Assembly (NCBI GenBank): GCA_964016885.1
Contig: OZ024743.1
Coordinates: 110,670,001 to 110,734,000 of the forward strand
Source: Eledone cirrhosa
Lineage: Eukaryota
DNA: 64,000 nucleotides
Reading direction: 5' to 3'
Part shown: in pieces, positions 1 to 15,533 of the stretch
Layout of the letters: each line of letters opens with the position of its first letter
How positions within the stretch are numbered: position 1 is the stretch's first letter
Position numbers and translations under genes: made by a program
Notes under the pieces: model-generated
Told to the model about the DNA's origin: nothing
Seen by the model: only the letters and a program-made list of their open reading frames with translations
The model's database searches: none

Positions 1-220
1 AACTCCAGCGAATAGAAATTTAGTTGCTCTAATGACAGACATAAATTATCATCTGGTAATACCAGGTAGAATAACTATATGAAAAGAACTGTTAAATAAC
101 TTTCGCAATTCTAAACTTCCATAAATTTAGGAAGAAATTTGTTTATAGTTTGCTGCTGAAGCATGTGGTTACGAAATACATCGTCGGTAATTAAACATTT
201 TTTAATGTGTTTATAAGTAA

Positions 221-291
221 TTGATCCTGAAGATTTGTTTATAAGGATATTGCTCACAATATCCTAAGGGAATGAAACGCATGTAGATCAA
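221..291 (+). ncRNA. Type I hammerhead ribozyme with extended stem II (probable PLE pLTR remnant)
   Basis: Stem I ttgatc/gatcaa; core ctgaaga at 227-233; stem II contains aggatattg-ctca-caatatcct; gaaac-gcat-gta cleavage arm at 274-285; followed by aataaa. Confidence 0.8.
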
Positions 292-422
292 ATAAATAAT
301 GTATTAAATTTTGAACTTGGTGACTATGATCTAAGTGTATGTTTTCAATTACCCCTCGTATCGTAATTAAAATAAAAATACCCTTTCGTGTTTTCTTCTC
401 TATATACTGTATTACATCCCCC

Positions 423-496
<74 letters not shown>

Positions 497-759
497 ATAT
501 GCATGTGTGTGTTTGTGCCGTGTTGTGTGTGTGTGGTATGGCTTGGTTAGGTGACTTCTGGCAGAATCAAAGAGGCACTATTGAGTCATTCGACTATTCT
601 TGACCATTTATAAGACATCCAATGTCTATCACTCTCCATGCTAGAACACAGTAGCATCCTTCCAGAAAAGTATGGAGAGTGAGGGAGAGGAATTGAGAAC
701 AAGATTATACAGAAATGATTCATCCCAGTACTAGGCAGGTATATTTTTATTCACTTAGA

Positions 760-880
760 AATAATTGTTTCTACTTTAGGCACAAGGCCAGCAATTACAC
801 AGTGCATTACTGGTACTTTATTGTATCGACCCCGTAAGGATGAAAGGCAAAGTCAACCTCGGCGGGATTTGAACTCAGAT
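760..880 (-). mobile_element. 5'-truncated tRNA-derived SINE nested in an older SINE copy
   Basis: Reverse complement has B-box gagttcaaatcc and core gactttgcctttcatccttacggggtcgat. 10-bp TSD tagaaataat at 756-765 and 883-892. Flanks (~700-755, ~893-985) look like a decayed related SINE. Confidence 0.85.
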
Positions 881-1104
881 CGTAGAAATAATGGAAGTTT
901 AATCGACGACAGAGGGATTTGAACTCAGAGAGCAGGGAACCGAAGCGAATACAGCAAAGCATTTAGTTATCATAGACACAATTCATATATATATTTCGAT
1001 ATCGCTAAATCGGTCAAATAATGCGCTTAGAAGGTGTTAATTGTACAATTGTATCGCATATTGGTAATGGATTGGTTTGTGAAAATACATATTTTCAAAA
1101 CAGT

Positions 1105-1178
1105 AATAATTGTTTCTACATTTGACACAAGGTCAGCAATTATGCATTGTACTACTGGTACTTTATTTAACGGCCCCT
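1105..1178 (-). mobile_element. SINE 3' fragment
   Basis: aataattgtttctac...cacaagg.cagcaatt...actggtactttatt matches the 3' end of the SINE family. Confidence 0.7.
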
Positions 1179-2210
1179 TTTATTTAACGGGTCATTTACA
1201 CTAATGACATGAGAAATATAGCAACCTATTTACTGATAGTGTATCAAAGTAAGATCTAATTCAATTGTCTCCTGCTAATACTAAATATTCACCAAGTAAC
1301 ACAAATTTGAGTACCAGACAAATTTGAGTATTAGACAATTAGGAGAAAGGGAAACGTAAATTGATTAGAAAAGGAGTGAGCACAAATGATATTGATATAC
1401 ATTACATTCCAAAGCTGTCAGAAGTTGAAATATTTAGGAAAAATATAATTAATCATTAATGGGGAAAATAATTGGTTAGAAAGGTGAGGAAAATTATGAA
1501 ATCTAAGTCAACCATTTTCTCAGCCAGATCTGGAGAACCTGAAAAAGTTGTATCAGGCATAGAATATGATGAATAACCAAAGCATGAGGTTGCTTCGTAC
1601 GGACTATATAATGTCGAACATTATTTTATCAAGACCCGCTAAAAAGGAATCACGTATATGTCCTGGTGGAAATTGTCCACACATTTATGGCACTATTATT
1701 TCTAATGTACAAACTACCAGACTGTGTGGGAAAAGGCCTCGGTGTTGCCTTTTAAATTTCTAGCACAATTAAAGGTTTAACATATATGTTCAAGTATCTA
1801 CTTACCATTAAGTAATTGAATTGGCAAACAACAAATTTAATTGCTTCACCATTTCTTCAACACTTTGGATCTTTTCTAGGTAGTAATGGTAGCCAGGCCT
1901 GTCCAGACAATTGAATTGATGATATATACAAAAACAAACACATTTATACAAAGATATAATTCACCAAGTCCAATAGTCTTGGTGACTTATTTCTTGGTTA
2001 ATATATGTTCCGTAATTAAGATAAAAAGAATACTGGAAGTATACCAACTGTATTTATCCCTGAAATATCTCTCGTTATTCTGGATATAAAATAAACGCCT
2101 TTTGAGCTTTAAATTAATATATGAACGCATACACACGCACCCACACGCACACACACACATGCACATACACCCACACGCATACATACACACACACACATAC
2201 ACACGCACAT

Positions 2211-2284
<74 letters not shown>

Positions 2285-2399
2285 GTAAATACGTGGTGAG
2301 CTTCTGCAGTGACTTCGTCGTTCAATTAACACAGTCAAGACCATATAACACAACTAGTAGGATGTAAGTATCGAAGATCTTAGCCTACAACGGACAGGA

Positions 2400-2760
2400 A
2401 ACTCGTTTTGATGTTAGTACTTTCTTGTTGAAAACACCCAACCTGGAGCGATGCGATACTGCTCACCAACCAATTCATTAAGAGACTCAGCGACCGTATC
2501 TGTAACAGTGAGCTGCTCAACATTACCAGACTTAGACCAATTACAGCAATTGTCAAGTCAAGAGTACTCAAACTATACGGTCATATAAAAAGATCAACTC
2601 GTGGTGTGAGTAGGTTATGCCTAGAAGGCACGTTGGTATTTAAAGCAAAGGCTGGCAGCCAAAACGATGGCTTGATATTGTCAACTTATGGACTGGACTT
2701 GAGCTTTGCTCTTTAAACTCAGATTTGGTGATCGAAGTTTGTGGAGAAAAATATCTCATG
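2400..2760 (+). pseudogene. Decayed 3' end of an RTE-type LINE ORF
   Basis: Manual translation DRICNSELLNITRLRPITAIVKSRVLKLYGHIKRSTRGVSRLCLEG..., then KRWLD after a frameshift, resembles the RTE/L2 C-terminal domain. Confidence 0.6.
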
Positions 2761-2784
2761 TTGATGCGCAGTCTGCAACTAGTA

Positions 2785-2831
<47 letters not shown>

Positions 2832-3056
2832 TTATATAAAACAACCTACGACCTACATTCTCGATTTTTCAAAAGGTCCTACGACAGCATCATCCGCCAG
2901 ATGGAGAAGCACGATGTTATCATATATACAGATATCTTTGGACGTATAATATCTATAAATAAATGTGTATATATATATATATATTGTTATACTTTGGGAG
3001 GGTCATGTTGCCAATAAGAAACACACGCACCAGCTGCTTTCAAATTCAGAAACGAA

Positions 3057-3093
<37 letters not shown>

Positions 3094-4155
3094 TAGATAT
3101 ATGTGCGGGTGTGTGTGTGTGTGTTTCTATGTGCCTATGTGTGCTTCTGTGTTTCTGCTTATGTGTTTGTTAGCCTATGAAAGTGACTGTTTGTCATCGA
3201 GTGTCTGACAGCATTTATTAATGTAATCATTTAGAATACGGTCAGTTTAGTTATATTTTCCTATCTACATTTCTGTGTATTCCAGCTCTGCAATCTGTAT
3301 TTAGATCTAGATATAGAAACTTGAATATGCATATTAATATTTATTGATCTGTCAACTTACAAATCTGTTCTTTATTTATTTGATGAACGTTTCAATCAAT
3401 CAGTGAATGAATTAATATATTTCTTTATTTCCTGAACAAGAGAGATGTCTGAGATAGTAGAAAACGCGTGACTAAATCCATTACAAAAGATAATAACAAT
3501 ATTCAGTATTCACATTTGAGATTTCACCCTAGTGAATCAGGTTAGGTTTTATCTTTTCGGATTAATTAGAATAAGTCAAAGTTATCTTCTATTGTTCTCA
3601 AAAGTAGAGAAGACGCCATATGCATTAAGCATAATATTTACCCTATAGGTATAACTGACACCGCACAGATATATAAACACGAACACACACAAACACATAT
3701 TCTTATATATATGGTCCAGCATGTGTATGGGTTTATGAACATAGACAGACTTTTGATTGTCTAATATTTTGAGGCACACAAAACTTCGTGTAACCTATTA
3801 AAAGAAAAAAAGTGGCAGATGAAAATCAATCTTCTATAAATGATTCGGCCTTCAAATACCCATGAACTAACGTCGCTCAATTATGTACAATTTCTTTATT
3901 TCTCCGTTAAACAGTAATTTGTCTCTCAGCATGAGATCTATACTTTTTCCATGCCAAAGCATTTTATATAATTATCAGAGTTGATCACCATACGAGTACA
4001 ACATATACTACAGATAGTACACTATATTTCTTAGATATACACATTGGCTATCCATATCCTCTAAGCAAATCTTGCGCTCCAAACGTGTACGCAATATATA
4101 TATATATATATGAGAGTATTGAAGTTTGGTTGAAGCATTGTGGAATAGGAAGGCC

Positions 4156-4777
4156 AATTTCTTTAAGTCGTTTGGAAGCCTCGACAATGCAAATGGGTAA
4201 ATCTCTGTGTAACAAGATCCGGTGGTGGAGAGAGAGATGTAAGTGGGTGTACGTTCAGATGCGTGGCGTGTATAAGACGTGTAGAGGAATGAAGGAAAGA
4301 GCGCAAAGGATAAAAATAAAAATAACAGCACAAGAGAGAGTTACCTTGGGAGATATTTAATTGTCCCTATATATTTCGGATTCACATCCATCAGCTGGGT
4401 TTTTTTTCGGGGTGGGGGAAAGGTTGTCTGCCGGAAAGGTGCGACACGTGTCCTCAGGTGTTCGTTGTTTTGAGCGGAGGACACGTATCGCACCTTTCCG
4501 GCAGACAACCTTTCCCCCACCCCGGAAAAAAAAAACAGTTGATGGATGTGAATCCGAAATATATAAGGACAATTAAATCTCTCCCAAGGTAACTCTCTCT
4601 CGTGTTGTTATTTTTATTTTTATCCTTTACGCTCTTTCCTTCATTCCTCTACACGTCTTATACACGCCACGCATCGCAACGTACACCCACTTACATCTCT
4701 CTCTCCACCACCGGATCTTGTTACCCGGAGATTTACCCATTTGCATTGTCGAGGCTTCCAAACGACTTAAAGAAATT
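4156..4777. repeat. ~620-bp fold-back (inverted repeat) element with a degenerate HHR-like motif
   Basis: Arms 4156-4455 and 4477-4777 are near-perfect reverse complements with a 21-nt spacer. Each arm has (c/t)tgatg-gat-gtga-atc-cgaaatatata. Confidence 0.9.
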
Positions 4778-4799
4778 ATGTATATATACATATAAATGC

Positions 4800-5436
4800 A
4801 ATCTGTGTTTTTCGAATATTAATAATAATATTCGATTCGTTTACAATTATACAATATACCTCTTTACAGTCATGCCAGGAGAATGATTCCATCATTCTTG
4901 CTCTTGTGTTAGCATGTAAACAGAGCTGCAGACAATAATGTTTCTGGGTAATTACCCTTCATCAGCTTACCTGCCAACTGTCAGAGCTAGTGAAAATATA
5001 TGATATTTTCTAAAATATACAATGACGGATCGGACTGATTTGCATATTAGCAGATTGGCTGATCTATCAGATATAGATATTAGCAGAACCACTGATTAGC
5101 CAGATTTGTATATCAGCAGATAGGCCAGTAAGTTTCATGTATAAGAACGATTATTGGCCGCCACTGCCATATTGAAATGACTAACAGATGATTTATCGTT
5201 CTACGTGGCTGAATACAATGAATGTAATCTGAGTTTTTCGAATATTAATAATAATATTCGATTCGTTTGCAATTATGCTAACAGCTTTTTTAAAGCCATC
5301 TGAGTTGAATGATCCCGTCATATTTGCTTTTGTGTTGGCATGTAAGCAGTATACTGTATTGATGAAGGGTAATCACCCAGAAACATTAGTGTCTACAGTT
5401 CTCTTTACATGCCAACACAAGAGCAAGTATGATGGT
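4800..5436. mobile_element. PLE-type pLTR remnant with direct and inverted repeats
   Basis: Direct repeat ~4800-4850 / ~5227-5275. Inverted repeat ~4889-4965 / ~5360-5436 contains the HHR. Confidence 0.7.
5353..5399 (+). ncRNA. Type I hammerhead ribozyme (C3U core change); inverted partial copy at 4926-4970 (-)
   Basis: Stem I actgta/tacagt; core ttgatga (ctgatga in the inverted copy); stem II gggt-aatc-accc; gaaac-attagt-gtc. Confidence 0.75.
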
Positions 5437-5544
5437 GTCTTTCTACTAACATGGCTTTAAAAAGGTTGTTTGCGTAACAGCAAACGAATAGAATACAATT
5501 GTTTAATATTGAGAAAACTCACATTACATCCATATATATATATA

Positions 5545-5628
<84 letters not shown>

Positions 5629-6699
5629 TATATATATACATACATACACGCACACACACTCACACTCACAGATACACATATATAGTCGTACATAACCATA
5701 TATGTATGTATAAAGTCAGAGGCTACAATTACATATTTCTACATAAGCATAAATACATATATGAGTGATACCTACCTTACACTGTTTGTTGCTCGTTAAA
5801 TGTATGAATTAAATAAATACTTAATTAATCAGAGCTAAAGTCTGAAGAATAGACATACAACATTTACCTAAATTTTATTCGTAGTCCAGAGAAATTAAGT
5901 GAATAAATAAGCAATTTAATCGTGGCTCAATGTACATTATAAGTGTGAAGAAAAAATAGACAATTTTTTACGGATTTATCCCCGTTAGTCCCGTTAACTT
6001 GTGCTATGTAGAAAAGTGCAGATTCGCTGCAATTACACCTTCTCTATTAGGCTTCAAGCTTTTCATCGAACAACAAACAGATGAAGGTGGGCATCACTCT
6101 GATATGTATTTATGCTTATATATAGATATGTATCCACAGATTTTGTTCTAACACCCATAAAGTTGAATAACAATTAGGCGGTAACTGACTGCTTCTTCTA
6201 GCAATGTTTTTATTTGCTACCCACCTACCCTTCACTAGTTTTCTATCTTGACCATTAGCAACGTGATGGCTTCCCCCGTTGGAATCTATTATTGGCGCGA
6301 TCGCTTTAGAAAAAAAAATAGTCCTAATTTAGTGAGTCTCTTGAATATTTGAATGTTTTAGTTATGAATTTCTGAAGCTGATGACTAGAGACATCAGGGG
6401 GATTCCAGCAGAAGCAGGAGCATTTAAGCTGTCGAATGTCCCATTTCTGTCGTTATCAAGACAAGGCTCCTTCAATCTGCACACTGCTAGTATCCAATAT
6501 AGGCGAAAACATGTCATTTTTACACTTATGTACATGAGCTGATTAGCCTCATATGCATATGTAGCTGTCGGTCAACTCGGCCTGAAAATATAATTAAGCT
6601 TTCCGCTCCCACATAGTTATATACATAAAATGACTGTATTTGTATTGTTAGCGATATACTCTATGTTTACGAATAATTATTTGCAAGCCATTAGCTATG

Positions 6700-7125
6700 A
6701 ATTTTGGAAGCTAGAGACTATAGCCCGAGATGTTAAAATACTTAAATAAAAAAAGGTATTCTCTGGCTGAATCGTGTGTGCCATGTCTCAATGATCTCTG
6801 GAACAATATCTAAACAGTGGCAATCGGGAGCTATAATTCCAGTTTTAAAAAAGTGGAGACAGGATAGATTATTCCAATTACAGAGGGAACTCCTTCTTAC
6901 GTCTCCCCGGTACAGTCAATAATAAATACCTGGCAAAGAGATGTAGAGTTGTTGAGTCCAGCTAACTGATCAACAGTGCGTAGTTCGCACCGGACGCATC
7001 ACAACCGACCAAATATTATTACCACGGCAATTATTATCAAGGAAACGTGGGAGAATTGCCAAGATGTATATGCTTGTTTTATTGACCTTGAAAAGGCATA
7101 TGATCGCGTTCCTCCAGACCTGCTA
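6700..7125 (+). pseudogene. RTE-type LINE reverse transcriptase fragment
   Basis: Manual translation gives SNYRG and WENCQDVYACFIDLEKAYDRVP, with frameshifts. Confidence 0.75.
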
Positions 7126-7191
7126 CTATATGGATAGATTGTGCTGAGCTACGACCGTTTCGACAGCTATATACGAACACACACATATATA

Positions 7192-8487
<1,296 letters not shown>

Positions 8488-8510
8488 TGTATATATATAT
8501 ATATATATAT

Positions 8511-8604
8511 ATAGGAAAATATTTTGCTATTACCCACTCTACTGAACTAAGTATCGAGTACTCTTCTGCGTTATGGTACACCTGGTTCCCTACCACACCT
8601 CCCT

Positions 8605-8608
<4 letters not shown>
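8511..8608 (+). mobile_element. Short pLTR-tail insertion (family A) in (TA)n
   Basis: ctattacccactctact...tatcgagtact...cgttatggt.cacctggttcc is shared with 14962, 15963, 31072 and 54215; collapsed fold-back at the 5' end. Confidence 0.75.
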
Positions 8609-8655
<47 letters not shown>

Positions 8656-8659
8656 TATA

Positions 8660-10796
8660 AGATTATGCAAGAAATTCTTAGGATTATCCTGAATGCAGTA
8701 ATGGTTAATTACTACACTAGATAGAGTCGACGTACAGTGAGTGGGTTACTCAACGAGTTACAAAAGAACAGTTAAATAAACTTGGTCTTTGTTTCTTCTA
8801 TATTCTGTAGATAAAGAATGATTAACAAAACAGATAGACATCATAAAAAATGCAATTTATTCCAGGTGTTTACACGTGTTTCTTTAGTAGTTACATAGCC
8901 TAGCCATGCTATATGCAAATTGGTAGTTATTAATTTGAAGATACTCAATTTTCAAATGCTGCCCGTACTTCCAAATCGTCAGAACGAATGGCTGAATCAT
9001 GGTTTCTTTATATTTCTTAAACGGAGTAATTGGGGAAGATAGAGTAGAAAAGGAAGACATAAAGAAAGGGAGAGGGAGAGATAGATTTGTTGGGGTAGGT
9101 GAAATGGGAGAGAGATGTTTGAAGAATACAGATAGCTAATCTAAATGCGATGACAGGTGTCTAGCAAATGGTTTTATTATACTGCTTACTCTCAAAGAGA
9201 CAAGTTAGGCATTGTGTTGATAGTATCAAGTTGGAATGATTTATTGCCACATAAGGCAGGTTAATAGATGTGGAGACAGCGGGACATAGAGAGAGAGATA
9301 AAGGAAGAGAGAGAGCGCGGGGACAGAAAAAAGTTAAGAGATGGGCAAAGAAAGGGGATATATATCTAGTTGATAGTTGTAGTTTGCTGGTCGTACTTAG
9401 GTATACGCTTATTACGATAAGTAAGGTACTGGTTAGTAGTGGATGGGGGATATAGTTAGGAAGTAAGTAATGGGTTAACTTAGCGAGAAAGTGATGTAAT
9501 AGTCAGGGGTTCAAATTATGCTAAGTTACTTTTATAGTGAGACAATTTAGCCTTCAGTTTGTGGTTTCAGTATAACGATCGTTTGATTCTGTCATTTAGT
9601 AAATTGTTTTTAGATTTCAAGATATAAAAAAGTTCAAGATTGCATAATCTGCAGTATTTCAATCCACCCTGATATGCACTAACGCTGGATAATTTATTCC
9701 ATTTCAGGGTGAACTGCTGGTTGTGTTCGAGGAGTTGCCAGGTCTTATTAGCGAGAGTGGTTACATAGCGGTGTTCAGGGTGTTTAATCGAAAATCGATG
9801 ACGATACAAACGTGATTTAAAGAGGTAGTAGACCCGACGTAATACCATTTCTGGTCGTTTTATTAGACAGAGCATTGATAAACAATGTTGGACTCTAGGC
9901 ATTTATTCTTCAATGGCATCTCTCGGGTAGCTGGCAATTACAATTTTTGTTATGGGTAACAACAGAACCATGGATAGGTTGGGATAACTGTACAGGTGGG
10001 TTGTGTAATTCCCGTTTCCCATTTTGTGGTTGGGAGGTTGATATTACGTTATGCCCAACAGTGTCTAAAATATTTTGTTTTGTAGTGTTGTTTAATAAAC
10101 ATTTTTTATGTGTGCTTCTAGGTTCCGTGCAGTGGAGTATGATAGCATAATAGTCTTAGAGTTTAGAATGTTACTGTATATATGGGAATTAGGGAAATGC
10201 TTGTTAATTAACTTAAAAAATAAAAGAGATAGTGTTGTACTAATCGAAGCATTAATCATGGGATTATACTAGACATACTTCCTGCAACGTAATTTGCTTG
10301 AGTTTGGTGATGATTTTCTATTATCAGTATGTCTGGTGGGACATCGTGTCTGTTCTTGTATCTATCTGCCCCTGTTACATATTCTTCGATTCCATGTGTT
10401 GCTATGTGTGCTCTGGAGATTCTTATGAATGCATTCTATTTTATCCCGGTGGTCAGCATTCCCCAGTGCGCTATTATCGTATTCTGCATGTTCGCTTAAA
10501 ATCTGAGAGTTAGACGATAGGCGAGAGATTCTAAGAGAAATACTACGAGGAACCGATTTAATCATGGAAAGCAGGTGATTCGAGTTGTAATTAACATAGG
10601 TAAGGTGCTCGTTTATCTTGTGGAAGGGTCGTATCAACCCTGTGTTCAAATTAAGAGTTACGTCTAGAAAATAAATAATTCCAAACTTGATACTATCAAG
10701 GCAATGCCTAAGTTGTCTCTACTACTAAAGAAACATGTGTAAACACCTGAAATAAATTGCCTTTTATGATGTCTATCTGTTTTGTTAATCATTCTT

Positions 10797-10800
<4 letters not shown>
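8660..10800 (-). mobile_element. 5'-truncated, decayed Penelope-like element (RT thumb + GIY-YIG) with inverted 5' pLTR fragment
   Basis: Minus-strand FLDVTLNLNTG...YVNYNSNH (~10670-10575), CNC...C..KNKCLESNIVYQC (~9945-9870) and CRLCNLELFYILK...LLN. 8812-8890 is inverted at ~10720-10798. Confidence 0.88.
8867..8986 (-). ncRNA. Type I hammerhead ribozyme with ~90-nt stem II domain
   Basis: Minus strand: gtt-ctgacga-[~90 nt]-gaaac-acgt-gta-aac. Palindromic stem III; only a 3-bp stem I remains. Confidence 0.6.
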
Positions 10801-10873
<73 letters not shown>

Positions 10874-10882
10874 ATATATATA

Positions 10883-11246
10883 TACAATATTAAATAAATG
10901 GAAACTATATTTATAAAACCATATTTATTTCATTATATATATTTCGGGGATATCATATTAACAATATGCTATGCCTTCCTCAGACAAAATACAATATAAA
11001 CAGTTTTATAGATAAATAGATTCGACATACCGTTATAACACCGACTTCAATTTATTTTGTCTGAGGAAGGCATAGCATATTATTAATATGATATCCCAGA
11101 AATATATATAATGAAATAAATATGGTTTTATAAATATAGTTTCCATTTATTTAATATTGTAAATATACTCCAAATATTTGTCGAGTGCTTTTATATCAGT
11201 TATAAATATTTACTAGTTGTAACCCAACAATTTTAAATATAACTTT

Positions 11247-11248
<2 letters not shown>
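10883..11248 (+). mobile_element. HHR-bearing fold-back element (family B) with unpaired tail
   Basis: Inverted arms 10883-10990 / 11054-11161; HHRs at 11055-11113 (+) and 10933-10987 (-) with core ctgagga; tail 11162-11248; homologous to 30003-30846; flanked by (TA)n. Confidence 0.88.
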
Positions 11249-11284
<36 letters not shown>

Positions 11285-11411
11285 AGAGAATGCTGGTTGA
11301 TTTAGAATAATCGATTTTTACATAACAGACGCCAAGCAGTCGACGATTTATGTTTATCCGGAGTTTAATTATCATAATAAACTAATAAGACAGTTTCTTT
11401 AGTCCTATTTA

Positions 11412-11483
11412 TTTTATTATACGTATTTCAAAGATGTATGGCTTGTGTATAGCGTCAATCAAACAGGTGCTCTTCAGATAAAA
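11412..11483 (-). ncRNA. Type I hammerhead ribozyme in a short pLTR insertion (~11280-11527)
   Basis: Minus strand: ttttat-ctgaaga-[41 nt]-gaaat-acgt-ata-ataaaa. 6-bp stem I and palindromic stem III. Confidence 0.8.
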
Positions 11484-11526
11484 TGCACAGGAGATGTAAA
11501 TACCAGAGACCGGCCAGCATATCTCC

Positions 11527-11581
<55 letters not shown>

Positions 11582-13413
11582 GGTGTGTTTGTGTGTGTGT
11601 TTGTGTATGTGTGTGTATGTGTTTGTGTGTGTGTGTTTGTGCGTGCGTGTGTGTGTGCGCGTGTGTGTATGTGTGTGTGTGTGAGAGAGAAGACTTTGTG
11701 TGTGTGTGTTTATATGTGTATACATAACTGCAGACAGGCACATACATATATACACAAACATATACATACATAAAAGCATTTATTCATATATTATAATTAC
11801 TCGCGTGAATTATTGGAGAGTTGAGTCATATATATATGTATATTGAAAACAAACACTCATTTTATTGTGAAGCAACTATGGTATTAAATAGTTAAACATT
11901 AATTTTCCAAAGCCGATTAACACTTTCGGGGCTTAGGTTTCTTTATTCAGTCTTAGTAACTATACTATTGCCTCTATGTAAAGACACGTACCAAGTAAAA
12001 TGGCATTGCGTAGTTCCTTTAAGTGACTTGCTGCTATTTTACATATGTTGTTGTCAGTAATACAGGTGTCTGTATTAGTATTATCTAAAAAGTATTTTTT
12101 CGTGAAAGCAAGCAATGCGGATATAATACATCACACCGAGTACATTTTCATTCACTGCCTTGAAGGAAAAAATAGATAGAGATTCTTTATGACGCTAGAA
12201 AGAACAGTCTGTTCCTACAAAAACATCTTGCATTCCAAAGTGTAAGTTACATTGCTATAACGCTTATTTAATAAAGTTTAGATTACACATAGATAATCAT
12301 ATCCTGGAAGCTAAGAAAGTTATGTCAGCATGCGATATATTTTAAGTTTGTAGGTTGTAACACCCAGGTTTATAAATTATTGTCAATCCGTATTTCTAAA
12401 ACAACACATTTCTATACCGAATATAATTCATAATAATTCGTGTTTTCGTCTTATTGGAATCAGGATATAAACAAATCACCAAATAAAACCGAAATATTTG
12501 TTAACGAATTATTTACTAATTTGACGGATGTGACCGAATTCAATGAAACCCCACGTGGAATTGTACCACATGTTTATATATGTTTGCAAATTCTTAATAT
12601 CATTATTAAGAGAATAAAGCAAAGAAAATATTGTTGACAAAATAATTATAACCATGTGCGTGTTGTAGGAAATATGAGTCAATGGATTTAAATGGGGCCT
12701 ACTAAAGATGAATGTCAGTTACAGAAAAAAAGGCCACCCTTAAGAATATTATAAGAAGTAGGAATAATATTAATACTGATGTACGTAGAACGAACACAAC
12801 GATTCTTCCTATTTGGGAAATTATGATGTAATTTCATGAGGATCTCACTGATAAGAAAATCGTATACATCCGCTAGGAAATGTGGGCGAAATGAGAGCAT
12901 AAAAAATGCCCAATCTCTTTCTTTTTCTCTCTATCTCTTTCTTTCTGTCTCTCACACTCTCTCATTGACTTAGACAATATATACTTTAATTTTCATCTGC
13001 GTATGTGGATCTTTATGTACAAGATTGTGTTTCAGGAAATGATAGATATGTCATGCAATATTCTTTTCCTAGACAGTATCTTTTTTTGACACATGGATTC
13101 TTTAGTGACAGCTCATTTCCGTGGTGAGTGGCAAGTTCACTCTTTTATCTTCGTGAAAGATTTGGGCAATAAAAAAATCGAAACGCATACACATACATGC
13201 ACAAGCGCACATACACATAGACACATACACAAATATGCACATACACACGCACACGTTTGCTCAATATTTGGAGTAGTTAGCTGGTATCTAAATGAAATTG
13301 TGTTCGCTTCTTCATAGCGATGTCCGGGCAATGTTTTACTTGTATAACACACATACACCCCACACACATCCACACCCACACCCACACACACACGCAAACA
13401 CACAGACGCAGAA

Positions 13414-13500
<87 letters not shown>

Positions 13501-14168
13501 TGAAGAACACAACAGTATACATGCGAAATTCGTTTTCATATATATATGAAAACGAATTTCGCTATACACACATATGTGTGTGTGTGTGTATATTTGGCGA
13601 GGTACAGGTACACCTCTTATTCACATATTAGATACCTTCCTACGTGTGTATTAATTTCCTAATTAAGGGTCATATTTCACAAGCGAATACAACGCAAGAC
13701 AAGGGATTAGAGCGTTAGAACCATAGTCATTTAGGCAGCATATCCCACTGCCTATCGATTAAGCTATTTCTATAGTCAGTTGCTTTCTCCGTTTGCTAAT
13801 ATAACACTTGCCCTTCTCAATATTGATAAGAAAGAAAACGATTCCAACTGCTGTGATATGGAGTGGAAAAGTCCATCCAGGTCACATGTCAATGGGATTT
13901 GCGTAAAACTCTACAAGTTCTTATTCAATGAGTCATCAAATCACAAGGTGGTTTGGGATGAACTTAATTATACGTGAATAGCGTGAAATTAACATGCTAC
14001 GATATGGAAAGATATTACGTCACAGGATCGATATTATTTCCTCTCCAAACGAAAAATCGTTCTTTCTTACGTTTTCGACTTAACTATATCTCAACGAAGA
14101 CCCACAATCAACTATCCAAGCTTAAAAATAAAAGCTGGACGTTATGTATGCGACGATATATATAAATG

Positions 14169-14340
14169 ACTAGAAAATTACCCGGCGTTTCCCGGGTAAT
14201 AGGAATCGGTTGGTTGCTACTTATATGACTGACAAACGTTAAACCTTAGTATGAAAATATAATTTGATACAGATTGCTTATATTAATTCTTAGGGAAACG
14301 ACTGGCATATTTCTGCATCTTAAAATATTGTTTACATTTT
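14169..14340 (-). mobile_element. Helitron 3' terminus fragment
   Basis: Minus strand ends in hairpin cccgggaaacgccggg followed by taattttctagt. Upstream boundary uncertain. Confidence 0.6.
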
Positions 14341-14599
14341 ACTAACACAATAGGAAAAATACTAATACGGGTATATAGACAGTTATACATGCGTGCATAT
14401 ATGTGTGTACACTCAAAAAGTCAAAGAACAGTGCGCATACCCAAAACACACACACACATATATATATAGATATACATATACTTTTACCCACTCTACATCT
14501 CCCCGTGTATCTGATACACACATGATTAACGGTCTCCTCAGTCTCAACTCCGCATACTCTATTTATACACACACACTCACTCACACACACGCACGTACG

Positions 14600-14707
<108 letters not shown>

Positions 14708-14901
14708 AATATAATTTCAGCGAGATCGTATTTCAGGTGTGGTAAAAAACAAAGCGAATCGCAATTTCCGGGATATACGGCAAGCGCTCAATGGATGAAA
14801 AGAAGACCAGAGTAATTAATATACGTTATAGAGGCTAAACAAACTGAAAACGTTATCAGCAACCGCCCCCCACACACAAAAAAAAACGGAGGAAGCTAAA
14901 C

Positions 14902-14961
<60 letters not shown>

Positions 14962-14963
<2 letters not shown>

Positions 14964-15138
14964 CGAAGGAAATGTGGTAAGGAACCAGGTGGACCATAAC
15001 GCACCAAAGTATTCAATACTTAGGGTAGTAGAGTGGGTAATAGGAACGAGTAGGAGCCGTTTCGACGGCTAATTATGGACTCAGTCCAGAATTAGCCGTC
15101 GGAACGGCTTGAGCTCAGCCGTCGGGGTCCTACTCGTT

Positions 15139-15142
<4 letters not shown>
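14962..15142 (-). mobile_element. Family A fold-back element centred on an HHR stem II
   Basis: Tail 14962-15040; palindrome 15041-15142 centred at ggactcagtcc; carries g(a/g)aac-ggct...agcc-gtc, the 3' half of an HHR. Confidence 0.8.
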
Positions 15143-15201
<59 letters not shown>

Positions 15202-15244
15202 AAATATGAGAATAAACGTGCTGCGTGGTTGCTAATGGGTAACA

Positions 15245-15381
15245 TATGAATAAAATTAGTCCTTCATCAGTGATCTTCCAAACATCATTGGTATTTCATC
15301 GCTTTAAAGACCATATACCTGCGGTTGGTGCGAGCAATGGCTAAAAAAAGTTAGAAGATCACTGATGAAGTACTAACTATA

Positions 15382-15386
<5 letters not shown>
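15245..15386. repeat. Short inverted repeat with ctgatga in each arm
   Basis: tgaataaaattagtccttcatcagtgatcttc / gaagatcactgatgaagtactaactatattca; no downstream GAAA arm found. Confidence 0.65.
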
Positions 15387-15419
<33 letters not shown>

Positions 15420-15533
15420 AAAAAGAGGAATTCCAACTTTGTCTGATTTACTCGTTTTATTTACAATCCTTTAACATTTATAATGGCATTATAATGAAAT
15501 AGTATGATAGAATATTAAATGTTAAGTGTTAAT

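Noticed and set aside
1450-2000. Possible host exon (minus-strand gtaagt donor near 1800; Cys-containing ORF 1566-1763)
   Set aside because: In-frame stops and no recognisable domain.
6378-6384. Isolated ctgatga
   Set aside because: No stem II-GAAA-stem III or stem I; expected by chance.
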